A DNA stretch of 64,000 nt from Leptonemataceae bacterium (GCA_965227295.1 OZ245742.1:576001-640000); one strand, 5' to 3'; shown: positions 1-18,007, numbered from the stretch's first letter. Numbers and translations: made by a program. The notes: generated by a model not told the origin, from the letters alone.

Positions 1-119
<119 letters not shown>

Positions 120-227
120 TTATTGTAGAAATTCCGTCTTCGCAGCGAGCGGGCGAAGAGGATACCACTCGCGTGTAAGCCCTTCTCCCGTCCATTGCTT
201 TTTCCTGACAATGAGTCCTCGTTCTCG

Positions 228-2336
<2,109 letters not shown>

Positions 2337-2372
2337 GATTGTGAGATCTCGTAACTTAATTCAAGTCGCTGC

Positions 2373-2846
2373 TTACCAGCGATAGTGGCTGAAGGCCTTG
2401 TTGGCGTCGGCCATACGACGTGTATCGTCGCGCTTCTTTATGGAACCGCCCTGATTCTTCTGGGCATCCATGATTTCATTGGCGAGCTTCATCGCCATGC
2501 TGTGCTCTTTGCGCTGGCGGGCGTAACCGACGACCCAGCGGATCGCCAGGGCCTGCATACGCTCCGGCCGAACCTCGACGGGCACCTGATAGGTAACACC
2601 GCCGACACGACGGGAACGAACTTCCAGAGCCGGCTTCACGTTCTCAATAGCTTCCCGGAAAATATCGATGCCGGGCTGGTCGCTCCGCTCGCCGATGATG
2701 TCCAGCGCCGTGTAGAAACAGCGCTCGGCAACGGACTTCTTGCCGTCGCGCATCATGTAGTTAATGAATGCCGATACCAGCGTATCGTTGTACTTCGCGT
2801 CTCCGATAATGGGACGACGATTGAGTGCACCTGTTCTTCGAGACAT
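2373..2846 (-). CDS. rpsG: 30S ribosomal protein S7
   Basis: Start trimmed to MSRR; EVRSRRVGGVTYQVPVEV and MADANKAFSHYRW motifs. Confidence 0.98.
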   Translation of the reverse strand: MSRRTGALNRRPIIGDAKYNDTLVSAFINYMMRDGKKSVAERCFYTALDIIGERSDQPGIDIFREAIENVKPALEVRSRRVGGVTYQVPVEVRPERMQALAIRWVVGYARQRKEHSMAMKLANEIMDAQKNQGGSIKKRDDTRRMADANKAFSHYRW

Positions 2847-2862
2847 AGACGTTACTCCCCGC

Positions 2863-3237
2863 TCAGGCCTTCGGCCGCTTCGCTCCGTACTTGGACCGCG
2901 CCTGGCGCTTCTTTTCCACTCCCAGGGTATCGAGCGCGCCGCGGATGATGTGATAGCGCACGCCCGGCAGGTCTTTGACCCGGCCGCCGCGCACGAGCAC
3001 AACGTTGTGCTCCTGCAGGTTGTGACCTTCGCCCGGAATGTAGGCGGTGACTTCGATTCCCGTCGTCAGGCGAACCCGGGCGACCTTACGCAGAGCCGAG
3101 TTCGGCTTCTTCGGCGTGAAGGTCATAACGCGCGTGCAAACGCCGCGGCGCTGGGGGCTCGCGTTCAGGGCCGGAGACTTGGTCTTGGTCGTCTGTAAAA
3201 CCCGGCCGTGACGGATCAACTGGCTGATCGTAGGCAA
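2863..3237 (-). CDS. rpsL: 30S ribosomal protein S12 (TTG start)
   Basis: [35 protein letters not shown] upstream of TTG. Confidence 0.99.
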   Translation of the reverse strand: MPTISQLIRHGRVLQTTKTKSPALNASPQRRGVCTRVMTFTPKKPNSALRKVARVRLTTGIEVTAYIPGEGHNLQEHNVVLVRGGRVKDLPGVRYHIIRGALDTLGVEKKRQARSKYGAKRPKA

Positions 3238-3574
3238 TTTCGTACTCCCTGTGGCGCGATATGTCGCGCAATTATACCTGGCGTGCAGCGTTGCCCCGCG
3301 CGGGCGAGACGCTCACTGCTCGTAAATTCTGCTCGGCCCGGTTCCCCGGCGCCGTTTGTGAATCATTCCGCTTGGCCTCTCAACTTATCTCCCCATCCCG
3401 TGGGGAAACAGTATTGAGCGGTCGATCCGGCCGTCTCCGGCCGAAAGAATGCCTGCGGACAACCTGAATTTCAGTACAGGCCGGACCGACAAGTACTATT
3501 CATCCGATATGCTACAGAGTGGTGATTTTTTTCGATTTTCGGCGAAAAAAATCACACACCCCTGGCAAACTTTT

Positions 3575-7789
<4,215 letters not shown>

Positions 7790-7861
7790 GTGTAGTTCCC
7801 GTTTCCCGGTATCAGCTACGCCGGCACACGGCCGGCGATGTTAACATCAGCTCAGTATCTC

Positions 7862-10800
7862 TTAGATGATGCGCTCGATGGTTTCGAGTTTGATCTTGTT
7901 GCGACGTCCGCCGCGACTCAGTTCGTCCTCGAGGTCGGTCAGCTCCAGGCGTTCGCCGCGCGTATCGTAGAGCGCCACGTCCAGAGCCAGGCCGCGAAGT
8001 TCCTGCATGAGCACGTTGAACGATTCCGGAATGCCCGGTTTGATCGAGTGAATGCCCTTCACGATCGCTTCGTAGATGCGCGCGCGGCCGAGCATGTCGT
8101 CCGACTTCACCGTGAGCAATTCCTGGAGCGTATGCGAGGCGCCGTAGGCCTCGAGCGCCCAGACCTCCATCTCTCCGAGGCGCTGACCGCCGAACTGCGC
8201 CTTGCCCCCCAGCGGCTGCTGGGTAACGAGGGAGTACGGGCCCGTCGAACGCGCGTGAATCTTGTCGTCGACCAGGTGGGCGAGCTTCAGGAGATAGATG
8301 TATCCGGCGAATACTTTGCCCTCGAACTTCTCGCCGGTGCGCCCGTCTTGCAGCGAAAACTTGCAATCCGTGGGCAGGCCGGCCTGTTCCAGGTAACCTT
8401 CGATGTCCGCCTCGGAGGCGCCGTCGAAAACCGGCGTTTCGAAGCAGATGTTTAACTTATGCCCGGCAAAACCTAACTGAGTTTCGAGGATTTGCCCGAT
8501 GTTCATCCGCGAGGGAACCCCCAGCGGATTGAGAATGACGTCGATGGGCGTGCCGTCTTCCATGAACGGCATGTCCTCTTCGGCCATGATGCGCGCCACG
8601 ACACCTTTGTTGCCGTGGCGGCCGGCCATCTTGTCACCGACCTGCAGCTTGCGCTTCTTCGCGACGTATACTTTAACGAGGGCCTCGACGCCCGCCGGCA
8701 ACTCGTCGCCGTTTTCCCGCGAGTACTGCTTCACATCGATGACGATGCCTTCGGTGCCGTTCGGCATGCGCAGTGAGGTATCGCGCACTTCTTTGGCTTT
8801 TTCACCGAAGATGGAGTGCAGCAGTTTGTACTCCGGCGTCAGATCGGCCTCGCCCTTCGGCGTAACCATACCGACCAGAATGTCCCCGGCCCGCACCTCG
8901 GCGCCGATGCGCACGATGCCGAATTCGTCGAGATCGCGGAACGCCTTGTCGCTGAGATTCGGAATGTCGCGAGTAATCGTTTCCTGGCCGAGCTTCGTTT
9001 CCCGCGCCTGGATCTCATACTCTTCAATGTGAATCGAAGAGAAGACGTCGTCTTTCACGATGCGCTCGCTCATGAGAATGGCATCTTCGAAGTTGTAGCC
9101 TTCCCAGGGCATGAACGCCACGAGCACGTTTTTGCCGAGCGCCAGACGACCGTGATCCACGGCCGGGCCGTCGGCGAGCACGGTGCCGCGACGGGTGACA
9201 CGACCGTAGCGATCCCGCTTCTCGGCGAAGACCTTCTGGCCCGCGATCTTGTCCCCGGCTTTTACCGAGGCCCCCGATTTCGCGATGGCTTCCATCTGGA
9301 AGTCGGCGCCTTTCATCGGGTACTGTTCCACACGCTCGTCGTCACCGGTGAGTTCGACGATATCGGCGTTCAGCTTCGTGATCTTGCCGTCGTACGGGGC
9401 GCGGTACAGCTTCGCGATGGGACGCTGGTTTACGCACGTTCCCTGGTTGGATCGTTTGAACTTGATGAGATCGTACTGCTTCGGTTCCTTCTGGCCGGTG
9501 ACACTGATCACGACCTTTACCGCGTCGACGTCTTCGATGATTCCGTCTTCCTGTGCTACGATGCAGGTCCGGGAATCGTAAGCCGCGCGGGATTCCATGC
9601 CGGTACCGACATAGGGCTCCTCATCTTGCAACAGCGGAACCGCCTGGCGCTGCATGTTAGAACCCATGAGCGCACGGTTCGCGTCGTCGTGTTCAAGGAA
9701 CGGAATCAACGCCGTGCTTACGCTCACCACCTGCATGGGCGCCATGTCCATGTACTGGACCTCGTCCGGCGTGCACAGCGGGTAGTCTTCGCGGCGGCGA
9801 CAGGAGACCAGCTTGTTCTTGAACGTCTGGCTGTCGGTAAGCGGCGCGTTGGCCTGCGCGATGTTGTAATGCTCTTCAATGTCCGCGGTGAGGTACTCAA
9901 CCTTGTCCGAAACCTTGCCTTTGTCGGATTTACGGTAAGGGGTTTCCAGGAAACCGTACTCGTTGACCTGGCAGAACGTGGACATCGAAACGATGAGGCC
10001 GATGTTCGGACCTTCCGGCGTTTCAATCGGACACATGCGGCCGTAGTGCGAGTAGTGGACGTCGCGGACTTCGAAGCCGGCGCGCTCACGAGAGAGACTG
10101 CCAGGACCGAGAGCGTTCAGGCGGCGCTTGTGCGTGAGTTCGGACAGCGGGTTCGTCTGGTCCATAAACTGGGACAACTGCGACGAACCGAAGAACTCGT
10201 TGATCACCGCCATGATCGGCTTGATCGAGATCAGCGCCTGCGGGGTAATCACGTCGATGTCCTGCACGGTCATGCGCTCTTTCACGACGCGCTCCATCCG
10301 CGAGAAACCGACCTTGAGCTGGTTCATCAGGAGTTCACCGACGCTGCGCACGCGGCGATTACCGAGGTGGTCGATGTCGTCGAAGTGATACTCCGGGACC
10401 TCGTTCACGAGATTCACGAAGTACTTCAGCGTCGAGACGATGTCCTCGCCGCGCAGGGCCCGGGTATCGACGTCCGTAAACGCGTCCGGATTGTGATAGC
10501 GGAACTTGTTGTTGATTTTGTAACGCCCCACCGCGCCGAGATCGTAAGACTTCTCCGAGAAGAAGAGGCGCTCCAGTTCGGCTTTCGCGTTGTCCACGTT
10601 GAACGGTTCGCCCGGGCGCATGATGGCATGGAACTTCTGCAGCGCCGTCTCGTGGTTCTCGGCGTTGTCTTTCTCCATGCAGTTGATGATCGTAACATCA
10701 TCTTTGCCGCCGGGGAAGACGAGCAGGTCCACCGACTTCACTTTCAGTTCTTTGAGGATGTCGATGTTGTCCTCGTTGATCTTTTCCCCCGCGGCCATGA

Positions 10801-11554
10801 TGACCTCATTGGTCTCGGGGTTGATCACGGTGGCAACCAGGCGCCGGCCGATGATCTTCTTGAGTTCGCGGCCGGTGGCGCCGGAGATGCGTTTCTCCTC
10901 GGTTTCGTAAAAGAGACGCAGGACTTCTTCGTCCGAGTTGGCGCCCATGGCTTTCAAGAGCAGCGTCGCCGGGAATTTCTTTTTGCGGTCGATACGCGCG
11001 ACAAGGATGCCCTTGGTATCCATCTCCAGTTCCAACCAGGAACCGCGGTACGGAATCACCCGCGCGGAATAGATGCGTTTCTCGCTGTCGTAGAAGAAGA
11101 AGATGCCCGGACTCCGGTGCAACTGCGAGACCACAACGCGCTCGGCGCCGTTGATGATGAACGTGCCCTGCTCGGTCATCATGGGCAGGTCGCCCATGTA
11201 GACGGTCTGCTCGCGGACTTCACCGGTGTGCTTGTTGATGAGGCGAATGACGGCCTTTAGCGGCATGGAGAACGTGGTGCCGCGGTTCTTGCATTCGTGC
11301 ACGTCCCACTTCGGATCGCCGAACGAAAACGACACGAACTCAAGGACCATGTCCTCATTGGGACTTTCAATCGGGAAGGTATCCCGAAAGACGGCCTCCA
11401 GGCCCTGCATCTTACGTTTCGCGGACGTGACATCCTGTTGCAGGAACCACTCGTAGCTCTTGAACTGGATATCGATCAAATCCGGAATCTGGTCGATGTC
11501 GGTGATCTTGCCGAGGTTAATGATTTCTCTGGATGCTTTATCCTGGATGGACAT
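7862..11554 (-). CDS. rpoB: RNA polymerase beta subunit
   Basis: [42 protein letters not shown]. Confidence 0.99.
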   Translation of the reverse strand: MSIQDKASREIINLGKITDIDQIPDLIDIQFKSYEWFLQQDVTSAKRKMQGLEAVFRDTFPIESPNEDMVLEFVSFSFGDPKWDVHECKNRGTTFSMPLKAVIRLINKHTGEVREQTVYMGDLPMMTEQGTFIINGAERVVVSQLHRSPGIFFFYDSEKRIYSARVIPYRGSWLELEMDTKGILVARIDRKKKFPATLLLKAMGANSDEEVLRLFYETEEKRISGATGRELKKIIGRRLVATVINPETNEVIMAAGEKINEDNIDILKELKVKSVDLLVFPGGKDDVTIINCMEKDNAENHETALQKFHAIMRPGEPFNVDNAKAELERLFFSEKSYDLGAVGRYKINNKFRYHNPDAFTDVDTRALRGEDIVSTLKYFVNLVNEVPEYHFDDIDHLGNRRVRSVGELLMNQLKVGFSRMERVVKERMTVQDIDVITPQALISIKPIMAVINEFFGSSQLSQFMDQTNPLSELTHKRRLNALGPGSLSRERAGFEVRDVHYSHYGRMCPIETPEGPNIGLIVSMSTFCQVNEYGFLETPYRKSDKGKVSDKVEYLTADIEEHYNIAQANAPLTDSQTFKNKLVSCRRREDYPLCTPDEVQYMDMAPMQVVSVSTALIPFLEHDDANRALMGSNMQRQAVPLLQDEEPYVGTGMESRAAYDSRTCIVAQEDGIIEDVDAVKVVISVTGQKEPKQYDLIKFKRSNQGTCVNQRPIAKLYRAPYDGKITKLNADIVELTGDDERVEQYPMKGADFQMEAIAKSGASVKAGDKIAGQKVFAEKRDRYGRVTRRGTVLADGPAVDHGRLALGKNVLVAFMPWEGYNFEDAILMSERIVKDDVFSSIHIEEYEIQARETKLGQETITRDIPNLSDKAFRDLDEFGIVRIGAEVRAGDILVGMVTPKGEADLTPEYKLLHSIFGEKAKEVRDTSLRMPNGTEGIVIDVKQYSRENGDELPAGVEALVKVYVAKKRKLQVGDKMAGRHGNKGVVARIMAEEDMPFMEDGTPIDVILNPLGVPSRMNIGQILETQLGFAGHKLNICFETPVFDGASEADIEGYLEQAGLPTDCKFSLQDGRTGEKFEGKVFAGYIYLLKLAHLVDDKIHARSTGPYSLVTQQPLGGKAQFGGQRLGEMEVWALEAYGASHTLQELLTVKSDDMLGRARIYEAIVKGIHSIKPGIPESFNVLMQELRGLALDVALYDTRGERLELTDLEDELSRGGRRNKIKLETIERII

Positions 11555-11782
11555 GCGCTTCTCCCGGTGTTGCGGAACTGGAATTCGGCGAAGTCTTCAG
11601 GAAATGAATTACGCAAATAAAAAGTGCGTCAAACCACGGATCCCTTCGCCGCCGGATCCGCCCGTACAGTAAATTTGTCTTTTAAATGTATCATCTCCGA
11701 TCGATTTCAGCAAGTTCCGCTGAAACCGTCGGAGACGCTTGTTCAGGCCCGCACAGGCAGACCCCTCTGTTTTCCCGCGATC

Positions 11783-12169
11783 TCAGGCCGGAGCGAGCTC
11801 GACTTTGGCGCCGGCAGCTTCGAGCTTTCCTTTCAGCTCGTCCGCGGCGGCCTTGTCCAGGTCTTCTTTAACGACCTGATCGCCCTTCTCTACGAGATCT
11901 TTTGCTTCTTTGAGGCCCAGACCGGTGGCTTCGCGCACCGCTTTGATGACGTCGATCTTCTTGTCGCCGAAGCTTTTCAGCACGACGTTGAAGTTCGTAT
12001 CTTCGGCAGCGCCGCCGTCCGCGGGCGCGCCCGGTGCAGCCGCTACCGCCGCTACGGGAGCCGCCGTTGAGATGCCGAATTTATCTTCCATCTTCTTAAC
12101 GAGGTCCGCGGCTTCGGTCAGCGTCAGTCCGCCGATCTGTTCCAGTAAGCTATCTACATCTGCAGCCAT
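11783..12169 (-). CDS. rplL: 50S ribosomal protein L7/L12
   Basis: [24 protein letters not shown]; Ala-rich hinge. Confidence 0.98.
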   Translation of the reverse strand: MAADVDSLLEQIGGLTLTEAADLVKKMEDKFGISTAAPVAAVAAAPGAPADGGAAEDTNFNVVLKSFGDKKIDVIKAVREATGLGLKEAKDLVEKGDQVVKEDLDKAAADELKGKLEAAGAKVELAPA

Positions 12170-12251
12170 TGCTTTTATACTCCCTGTATACCTGATACCA
12201 AATTGCGTTGTGGTTGTCTGCTTTCAGTTAATTAAGTACGTGTTGTAGTAA

Positions 12252-12785
12252 TCAGTCGCCGTTCTTTTCGCCCACGGCGCGGATGCCCCGGGCCAGACTC
12301 GACATGATTTGATTGATGCCCGTGGCGATCTGCGTGGCCGGCGTATTGAGGCCGCGACCAATGATGGCGAGCAGCTCTTCGCGGCTCGGCAGGTTCGCCA
12401 CTGCCTTCACGGCGCTCCCGTCGAGGAACTCCCCTTCCATGCAGCCGGACTTGACGTCCACTTTCTCGGACTTCTTCGCGTAGTCGACGAGCAGTTTCGA
12501 GACCGAAGGAAAGTCTTCGTCCACGAACGTAATCGCGACGGGGCCTTCCAGAACCTTTATGGTGCCTTCCAGCACGCCCTCGTACTTCGAGTCTTCCTGG
12601 AGGACGCGACGGAAGAGATTGTTCTTCACGACCTTCAGACGCGCGCCCTTCGCGCGCACCTGGCCACGGAGCTCCGTAATCTCTTCGACCGTGAGACCGC
12701 TGTAGGTCGTCACGACAAAATTGCTCCGCTCGCTCAGCATTGCCTTGAGCTCGTTGACCTGTTCTACTTTCGCCGGTGCAGCCAT
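12252..12785 (-). CDS. rplJ: 50S ribosomal protein L10
   Basis: YSGLTVEEITELR, KVVKNNL, LPSREELL; position between rplA and rplL. Confidence 0.97.
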   Translation of the reverse strand: MAAPAKVEQVNELKAMLSERSNFVVTTYSGLTVEEITELRGQVRAKGARLKVVKNNLFRRVLQEDSKYEGVLEGTIKVLEGPVAITFVDEDFPSVSKLLVDYAKKSEKVDVKSGCMEGEFLDGSAVKAVANLPSREELLAIIGRGLNTPATQIATGINQIMSSLARGIRAVGEKNGD

Positions 12786-12825
12786 GTTCTATCTCAATTC
12801 CAGTATATCTTTGCGCGTTTCGCGA

Positions 12826-13509
12826 TCAGGCCATGGCCCGCGTATTGAGGCGGATGCCGGGACCCATCGTCGGTGCGATAAAAAAGCTCTTGATGTACTC
12901 GCCCTTTGCGTCGGCAGGCTTGTCTCGCATCAGCGAGTTAAAGAGCGCCGTTACGTTTTGCTCGATCTTCTCCGGCTCGAATGAGCACAGGCCCACACGC
13001 ATGTGGATGACGCCGGTTTTGTCCGGACGATATTCCATTTGACCGGCCTTCAGGTTCTTGATGGCGGTCGCAACATCCGTGGTCACGGTGCCGGCCTTGG
13101 GCTTCGGCATGAGACCCTTGCGACCCAGAATGGGACCGAGCTTACCGACGTCCTTCATCATGTCCGGAGTGGCCACACAGGCGTCGAAGTCGGTCCAGTT
13201 TTCTTTCTGGATTTTCTCCACCAACTCGGCTCCGCCGACGAAATCCGCCCCGGCTTCTCTGGCTTCGGCGTGACGGTCTTCTTTCGCGAAGACGAGCACG
13301 CGAACCTGCTTGCCCGTGCCGTTCGGCAGACTTACGATGCCGCGCACGTTCTGCATGGATTTGTAAGAGACCTTAATGTGAGCCTCGACCGCAGCGTCGA
13401 ACTTCGTATAACTAACTTCTTTGACCAGGGCCGCAGCCTCGGCCGGAGAGAGCGCCTGTTCGCGATCTACTTTTTCGGCAACGCCGCGCCACTTCTTACC
13501 GCGCTTCAT
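12826..13509 (-). CDS. rplA: 50S ribosomal protein L1
   Basis: [33 protein letters not shown]. Confidence 0.98.
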   Translation of the reverse strand: MKRGKKWRGVAEKVDREQALSPAEAAALVKEVSYTKFDAAVEAHIKVSYKSMQNVRGIVSLPNGTGKQVRVLVFAKEDRHAEAREAGADFVGGAELVEKIQKENWTDFDACVATPDMMKDVGKLGPILGRKGLMPKPKAGTVTTDVATAIKNLKAGQMEYRPDKTGVIHMRVGLCSFEPEKIEQNVTALFNSLMRDKPADAKGEYIKSFFIAPTMGPGIRLNTRAMA

Positions 13510-13934
13510 CCTTTCACCTCGATGCCCATGGAACGACAGGTGCCGGCCAGGATTTTCACGGCCGCGTCCATATCGTTGCTGTTCAAATCTTCTTTCTTAA
13601 TGTCTGCGATCTTTTCCAGTTGCGCTCGCGTGATCTTGCCCTTGAACTCTTTGTTCGGCACGGGCGAGCCGCCCTTCAGACCCAGCTCCTTGAGGATGAG
13701 CAGCGCCGCCGGCGGCGACTTCGTTATGAACGTAAACGAGCGGTCGCTGTAGACCGTGATCACCACCGGCAACTTGATGCCGATCTGACCCTTGGTCTTT
13801 TCGTTGAACTGCTTGCAGAATTCCATGATGTTCAGGCCGTGCTGACCCAGCGCTGGACCCACCGGGGGGGCCGGGTTCGCTTTGCCCGCTTCCACCTGAA
13901 GCTTGATCTGCGTGACAACTTTCTTCTGAGCCAT
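13506..13934 (-). CDS. rplK: 50S ribosomal protein L11
   Basis: [29 protein letters not shown]. Confidence 0.99.
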   Translation of the reverse strand: MAQKKVVTQIKLQVEAGKANPAPPVGPALGQHGLNIMEFCKQFNEKTKGQIGIKLPVVITVYSDRSFTFITKSPPAALLILKELGLKGGSPVPNKEFKGKITRAQLEKIADIKKEDLNSNDMDAAVKILAGTCRSMGIEVKG

Positions 13935-14184
13935 GGAGCCTGTTGTGCGCTTACGCGCTGTCTATATTATTGAAAGATACCAGCCTGAAAGGCGCTTCCA
14001 CACCGTTCACGGACTGCACATCCCGTGCCCGAAACGGGGAACTTGAGGCATATCTCTGTAAGGGGCGGTACTGAAAACTATTTTTCGGTTCTAAAGCCCT
14101 GAACGGGCATTTTTTTTGCTTTCAGCCCGATTTTTTGCCCACCACGTCGAAAACTTTTTGGAAAATCCTGCGACGGCCCGGAAC

Positions 14185-14730
14185 TCAGCCGACGTTCGAT
14201 GCCACCTGAAGATAGTCCAATTCCACCGGTGTCGCCTGGCCGAAGATTTCCACCTTCACCCGCAGCTTGCCCTTATCGTGCATGATCTCGTCGACGACGC
14301 CCGTGAAGTTCGCAAACGGACCGTCCACGATTTTCACCCGCTCGCCCACGCTGAACAGGATGTGAGCCGGGGCGGCTGCCTCGTCCTCATCGTCGGCCGG
14401 AGCCTCGCCCTGGAGCAGGTTGCGCACCTCTTCTTCCGGCAACGGTTCCGGTTCCGGCGATCCCACGAATCCCGCCACGGAGGGGAGCCGTTGGATCATG
14501 TACTGGATCTCGTCGTCCATCGCCAGTTCGGCGAGGATATATCCCGGCATGAACTTCTTCTCGACCACGCGCTTCTTGCCGTTTTTCATTTCGGCAACCT
14601 TGATGGTCGGAATGTTGATCTGGCCGATGCGCCCTTCGAGGCCGCGGGACTGGACCAATCGGTCGATATTCGTTTTGACCTTGTTTTCGTGACCGGAATA
14701 CGTCCGAATCACATACCACTTCAGAGCCAT
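14185..14730 (-). CDS. nusG: Transcription factor NusG
   Basis: Start trimmed to MALKWYVIRTYSGHENKVK; KOW motif GERVKIVDGPFANFTG, VEIFGQATPVEL. Confidence 0.97.
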   Translation of the reverse strand: MALKWYVIRTYSGHENKVKTNIDRLVQSRGLEGRIGQINIPTIKVAEMKNGKKRVVEKKFMPGYILAELAMDDEIQYMIQRLPSVAGFVGSPEPEPLPEEEVRNLLQGEAPADDEDEAAAPAHILFSVGERVKIVDGPFANFTGVVDEIMHDKGKLRVKVEIFGQATPVELDYLQVASNVG

Positions 14731-14738
14731 AGATTCCC

Positions 14739-14933
14739 TCAGGATCCGCCACCGGTGCCCAGCTCGATCAGGCGATCGAACAGCCACTCGAAGACGCTAT
14801 CCACACTGAAGAGAAAGACGGAAATCAGAGCCACGGCCACCAACACCACGATTGTGGAGTTCAGGACTTCTTCCCGGCTGGGCCAGACCACCTTCTTCAG
14901 TTCTTCCCGGCTTTCTTTGAGAAATTTCAGCAT
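14739..14933 (-). CDS. secE: Preprotein translocase SecE
   Basis: FLKESREELKKVVWPSREE plus one TM helix; upstream of nusG. Confidence 0.95.
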   Translation of the reverse strand: MLKFLKESREELKKVVWPSREEVLNSTIVVLVAVALISVFLFSVDSVFEWLFDRLIELGTGGGS

Positions 14934-14993
14934 AGCGTTCAGTTACCGCACCCGCAGGCGCTCAGCTTTCATTGTATATCGTAGAGTTCCGTG

Positions 14994-15065
14994 CAGGCCG
15001 GGAGAGAATCGAACTCTCATCAAGGGTTTTGGAGACCCCTATACTAACCATTATACTACCGGCCT
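14994..15065 (-). tRNA. tRNA-Trp (CCA), 3' CCA not encoded
   Basis: AGGCCGG acceptor stem, anticodon loop CTCCAAA, GTTCGATT T-loop; canonical position before secE. Confidence 0.95.
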
Positions 15066-15100
15066 GTTTCCGGCTGTCCGTTCACCGACATCCGGATATG

Positions 15101-15173
15101 AGCCCTCTACCAGGCTTGAACTGGTGACCTCATCCTTACCATGGATGCGCTCTACCAACTGAGCTAAGAGGGC
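15101..15173 (-). tRNA. tRNA-Thr (GGT), 3' CCA not encoded
   Basis: GCCCTCT acceptor, TAGCTCAGTTGGTAGAGC D arm, CATCC-ATGGTAA-GGATG anticodon arm, TTCAAG T-loop. Confidence 0.95.
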
Positions 15174-15448
15174 CTGTGCCGGAATGCCTCCCCGCCGATT
15201 GGCCGGGATTCGGCGAGTTTGACTGTTTTTTCGACGAAGGGCCGGGGGTCAAGGAAAACCCTGTGAACCTGGCTGCCAGAACGCAGACTCCGCCACCCGG
15301 GAGGGCCTACGACGGCCCACAAAAGCCTCCTGCCCCAAAGAATACTTGCTTGTGCACGCAATGGGCAGAGCTTTGGGACCAGGCCCTTTAAGAGATTCGT
15401 AGGCGATCTCCAGGAAGCCAAACGGATCGTCGAAGAACGACAACAATC

Positions 15449-16399
15449 ATGACAAGACCATTACTACCGGTGATTGCGATTGCCCTGGCGCTGATCTCAT
15501 CCAGATGCGCGCAGGAACCGGTCGCGACCTGGCCTGCTGAAACGACCTATCATCATGCCGTCGTAAACGGCTATAGGATCTTCTACCGTGAAGCCGGAAA
15601 CCCTGATCGCCCGACGATCGTGTTGCTTCACGGTTATCCTTCCTCTTCACACACATACCGCGCATTGATACCGCTGCTCTCCGGACGTTACCACATCATT
15701 GCACCTGACAACCTTGGTTCCGGCTACAGCGACAAGCCGGACCCGGCAAACACGGACTATGATTTCGATTTTCTCGCGGCTCAAATCAGTGGCCTGATCG
15801 AGACTCTAAATCTGGACAGTTGCATTATCTACATGCAGGATTTCGGAGCACCGGTGGGCTTTCGGGTCATGATGAACGATCCCTCGAAGATTCGGGCTAT
15901 TATCGCCCAGAATGCCAACGCGTATCTGGAGGGCATTCCACCGGATAAGCAGGCCTTCTTTATGAATGCGCAGTTGGACCGGTCGGCCGAGAACACTCAA
16001 AGACTCTACGAGTTCACCTCCGCACGCAACGTAAAGCACCATCAATATTTGCGCGATGTTTCAGGCAAAGAAGAGACCATGAGCCCGGATAGCTGGACCC
16101 ATGATGCGCATTTCCTGGAAACGGAGAAGGAACGCCGGATCCAGGTCGCGCTTTTTCAGGATTATAAAACCAATCTGGATGATTACCCGCGATGGCAGGC
16201 CTTTCTGAGAAAACATCAGTTTCCGGCACTGTTGGTCTGGGGCAAACGGGACCCGGTCTTTACAGTTGCGGGAGCGAGGGCGTATTTAAGAGACTTACCG
16301 AATGCGGAGCTGCACCTCGTTGATGCCGGCCATTTTGCGGTAGAAGAAAAGCCTGTTGAAATCGCGAAGCATATCATCAACTTCGTAGAAAGACTGTAG
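15449..16399 (+). CDS. Alpha/beta hydrolase (epoxide hydrolase/haloalkane dehalogenase-like), possibly exported lipoprotein
   Basis: HGYPSSS oxyanion motif, QDFG nucleophile Asp, GHF catalytic His; hydrophobic N-terminus ending in Cys. Confidence 0.85.
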   Translation: MTRPLLPVIAIALALISSRCAQEPVATWPAETTYHHAVVNGYRIFYREAGNPDRPTIVLLHGYPSSSHTYRALIPLLSGRYHIIAPDNLGSGYSDKPDPANTDYDFDFLAAQISGLIETLNLDSCIIYMQDFGAPVGFRVMMNDPSKIRAIIAQNANAYLEGIPPDKQAFFMNAQLDRSAENTQRLYEFTSARNVKHHQYLRDVSGKEETMSPDSWTHDAHFLETEKERRIQVALFQDYKTNLDDYPRWQAFLRKHQFPALLVWGKRDPVFTVAGARAYLRDLPNAELHLVDAGHFAVEEKPVEIAKHIINFVERL

Positions 16400-16414
16400 G
16401 CCGGGCGCGGGACC

Positions 16415-18007
16415 TTACGCGGTTGCGAGTTGCTCCACTTTCGTGAGCAGGGGTTTCATTTTTTCAATCACGCGTTGCTTCAGCTCCGGGTCCGCAATCT
16501 GGAGCAGCGGAATCTTGAGCGTGTTCATCATGTGGTCGGCCTTCCACTCGTCGTTAAAGAGCAGCCGGACCTGGGGCCAGATCTTCTTCATGGCGCCGAC
16601 GAGGGCCGGATCGCCCTGCTTGATGCTTCCGGTGAACTCGTTGAGCAGGCGCTGCAAACGTTCGAAGCGCTTCAGGCGGTCGTGCAGTTCGCGGATTTGA
16701 CTCCGGTCCACATCCAGGTGGGCGGCGATGTTGTAGTACTCGTCGTCGTAGTTCAGATCGGCGCCGCGTTTGGCTTTCGTGTCGAGATTTCGCAGGCCGA
16801 CCACGGCCTTGCCGCTCAGACCGGCGTCACCGCTCAACCAACCGCGATAACCGTCGCTGTCGCCGGTCGACTGGAACTGCTGAATGCGCTTTACGGTTTC
16901 GATGTACTGCTGGAACGTCAGCGGAATGGGCGGGAGGTCTTCGGGTTCCGGTTCGGGTTCGACCTGTGCGGTGGCCGACCCCGGCTGAATCGAAGAGACC
17001 AATCGTTCTTCGTTGCCCCCGCCCACCATGCCGTCGCCCGCGCGCAGTTTCCCCGGAGGGAGTTTCAAACCATCGCCGAACTTCTCAAGGATTTCGGCGA
17101 TCATCGACTGCTCGTCCTCGGGAGCGTCCGGAAATCCCCCCCCGCTACTCGCGGGAGCACTGCTCCCCGTGCCGGAAGAACCTGACGCGCCGGCTGCCGG
17201 GGCCGCGCCTGCCGGGGCCGCGCCTGCCGAGGACGCTCCGTCCGCGGTTGCCGCGCCCTGGTTTTTCGGAAAGGGCGGCACTTCGAGACGCCCGGGAACA
17301 TTCAGACCCTCACCGAACTTTTCCAGGATCTCGCTGATGATCGAAGTCTCGGCACCGCCGAGCATACTGCCAGGACTCGCGGCCGCCGCCGGGGTCGAAC
17401 CCGCGGAGCCTCCGCCGGAACTCTCGCCGCCGGACGATTTCCCGGTAACGGTAGCCCCGCCACCTCCGGCCGGGGCACCGCCGGAATCCGCCGGCATCCC
17501 GGCCGACTCGCGCAGGGAAGTGCTGAGCACGTCCTGCCCCCCGTTCAGCGAGACGAGCTTCATGAGGCCCATGTCGTGGACGGCAAACCGGGCCGGCTGT
17601 TCCATGAACACGCCCAAATCACGCTCGATTTCTTTCAGGATGGAGGATGCCACCGCGGCATCGCTGACCTTGCCGCCTCCGCCGCCGCTCTGCCGGGCTT
17701 TGGCCGCCCCGACCAGTTCGGCCTCCTGCTTTGCCCGCATGGACTTTTTGACCGCATTCAGGGCCGGCAGCAGATTGCTGCCGATAAAAGCCGAGAGCTG
17801 CTCCGGGCGCACGCCGAGGCCGCGCGAGAAGGTTGGAATGTGATCGAGGAATTCGTCCGGATCCTTGATTCGGGTGGTGACGTAGTTCTTGAGTTTCGCG
17901 AGCAACGCCCGGGCCTGCTCCGGCGGGGCGTTTTTCTTTTTGAGGACGGCCTGAAAGATCTGGAGATAGGCGCGCTGATGGGCCTCGAGTTCGTCCAGAT
18001 CCTCCAC
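16415..18007 (-). CDS. Hypothetical protein with helical ends and Gly/Ala/Ser low-complexity linkers
   Basis: 530-aa ORF with host-like codon bias; repeated SxIxEILEKFGxGL motif. Confidence 0.75.
   Translation of the reverse strand: MEDLDELEAHQRAYLQIFQAVLKKKNAPPEQARALLAKLKNYVTTRIKDPDEFLDHIPTFSRGLGVRPEQLSAFIGSNLLPALNAVKKSMRAKQEAELVGAAKARQSGGGGGKVSDAAVASSILKEIERDLGVFMEQPARFAVHDMGLMKLVSLNGGQDVLSTSLRESAGMPADSGGAPAGGGGATVTGKSSGGESSGGGSAGSTPAAAASPGSMLGGAETSIISEILEKFGEGLNVPGRLEVPPFPKNQGAATADGASSAGAAPAGAAPAAGASGSSGTGSSAPASSGGGFPDAPEDEQSMIAEILEKFGDGLKLPPGKLRAGDGMVGGGNEERLVSSIQPGSATAQVEPEPEPEDLPPIPLTFQQYIETVKRIQQFQSTGDSDGYRGWLSGDAGLSGKAVVGLRNLDTKAKRGADLNYDDEYYNIAAHLDVDRSQIRELHDRLKRFERLQRLLNEFTGSIKQGDPALVGAMKKIWPQVRLLFNDEWKADHMMNTLKIPLLQIADPELKQRVIEKMKPLLTKVEQLATA

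Noticed and set aside
14994-15173. tRNA-anchored genomic island
   Set aside because: The tRNA 3' ends face secE, and no duplicated tRNA 3' fragment or integrase was seen
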